A DNA stretch of 64,000 nucleotides, taken from NCBI RefSeq assembly GCF_009914755.1, contig NC_060947.1; one strand, given 5' to 3'. A model generated the notes under the pieces. The model made no database searches. It was not told where the DNA came from and saw nothing but the letters and a program-made list of their open reading frames with translations. Positions 62,586-64,000 of this stretch are shown piece after piece (the first letter of the stretch is position 1; each line of letters opens with the position of its first letter). The position numbers were made by a program, and so were the translations under genes. This stretch comes from the human T2T-CHM13v2.0 reference genome, Homo sapiens.

Positions 62586-64000
62586 AGTGAAGGGACATTT
62601 GGGAGGACACTGAGGCTTAAAGTGAAAAACAGAATACCCCATGATAAAAACTACAATGAAGGGATCTGTGAAACTATTTTGTGATGTGTTGATGCAGATC
62701 ACAGTGTTAAAACTTTCCTTTGATTTAGCAGGTTGGAAACACTTTTTATGTAGAACCTAAGAATGGACATTTCTGAACCCACAGAGGCCTATAGTGAAAA
62801 CAGAATGTCTTGTGATAAAAACTGGAAAGAAGCTATCTGTGAAACTGATTTGTGATATGTGGATTCAGCTCACAAAGGTAAACACTACTTTTGATTCAGT
62901 AAGTTGGAAACACTATTTTTGTAGAATATGCAAAAGGACATTTCTGAGTGCACTGAGGCTTATAGTGAAAAAACGAATATCCCGTGATCAAAACTCAAAG
63001 AATCTATCTGTGAAAATGCTTTGTAATGTGTTGATACAGATCACAGAGTTAAATATTGGTTTTGATTCAGCAGGTTGGAAACACTCTTTTATTTTAGTGT
63101 AAGAATGGACATTTCTGAAACCTCTGAGGCCCAGAGTGAAAACAAAATATCCAGTGACAAAAACGACAAAGCCACTATCTGTGAAAATATTTTGTAATGT
63201 GTGGATTCAGTTCAAATAATTTAACCTTTCTTTTTGGTTCAGCAGGTTGGAAACACTGTTTTAGTGGAGCATAAAAACGGACATTTCTCATTTCTGAACC
63301 CATTGAGGCATACAGTGAAAACGGAATATCCCATGATAAAAACTACAAAGAAGCAGTGTGTGAAACTGCTTTGTGATGTGTGGACTCAACTCACCGAGTT
63401 AAAACTTTGTTTTTATTCAGCTGACTGAAAACACACTTTTTGTAAAATCAAAGAATGAATATTACTGAACCCACTGAGGCCTAAAATGAAAACTGAATAT
63501 CCAGGGATAAAAACTACAAACATGCTATCTGTGAAACTGCTTTGTGATGAGAGCATTCAGGTCTCAGAGGTAAACCTTTCTTTTGATTCAGCAGGTTGGA
63601 ATAACTCTTTTTGTAGAATCTGTAAAGGAACATTTCAGAATGCACAGAGGCCTATAAAGAAAAATGCAATCTCTTGTGATAAAAACTAGAAAGAAGCTAT
63701 CTGTGAAACTGCTTTGTGATGTGTGGATTCAGCTCACAGAGTTAAACCTTCCTTTTGATTCAACATGTTGAAAACGCTCTTTTTGTAGACTCTAAGAATG
63801 GGCATTTCAGAACACCCTATGCCCTGTTGTGAAAACCAAATATCCCGTGATAAAACCAGAAAGAAGCTATCTGTGAAACTGCTTCATGATGTGTGGATTC
63901 AGCTCATAGAGTTAAACTTTCTTTGGATTCAGCAGGTTGGAAACTTTTTTTGTAGAATGTGCAAAGGGAAATTTGGAGGTGCTATGGGGCTGAAAGTGAA

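Larger units (their letters stand above)
57565..64000 (+). repeat. Monomeric (non-HOR), old-type alpha satellite, about 37-38 monomers of ~171 bp; continues beyond the window
   Basis: TTTGTGATGTGTGGATTCAGCTCACAGAGTTAAACCTTTCTTTTGATTCAGCAGGTTGGAAACACTCTTTTTGTAGAATC recurs every 170-173 bp. Neighbouring monomers are diverged, the AAGCTATCTGTGAAAC variant is typical of ancient layers, and I saw no CENP-B box (TTCGnnnnAnnCGGG). Confidence 0.97.

Noticed and set aside
58976-63689. ORFs in alpha satellite (60-102 aa)
   Set aside because: The 171-bp unit is divisible by 3, so read-through of one or two monomers is expected; the peptides are the repeat itself.

Overview
Primate (most likely human) pericentromeric satellite DNA with no credible protein-coding or RNA gene; every listed ORF is a translation of repeats. 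From left to right: the 5' tip of a minus-strand Alu (1-37); about 18 kb of a diverged 35-bp satellite (HSAT4-like, roughly 500 units) interrupted by a full-length minus-strand AluSc-like element (4523-4843); about 39.5 kb of GC-rich gamma satellite (18110-57566) made of three sequence subtypes in six blocks, two of them inverted; and about 6.4 kb of old, monomeric 171-bp alpha satellite without CENP-B boxes (57565-64000). From memory, a 35-bp satellite next to a ~40-kb gamma array and monomeric alpha satellite matches the human Xp pericentromere, but I did not verify this. I found no new gene system. The best candidates for undescribed biology are structural: (i) a 9.7-kb inverted gamma block whose junction geometry fits integration of a circular intermediate rather than a simple inversion; (ii) divergently oriented arrays of CTCF-like motifs created by the inversion at ~51.5 kb; (iii) similarity between the 35-bp unit and a sub-segment of the gamma unit; (iv) incipient higher-order repeats in the gamma and alpha arrays. 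All coordinates, unit lengths and mismatch counts were read by eye. Gamma strand is defined arbitrarily, with + meaning the strand that reads CTGGGTGAAAGCCAGGGAC.
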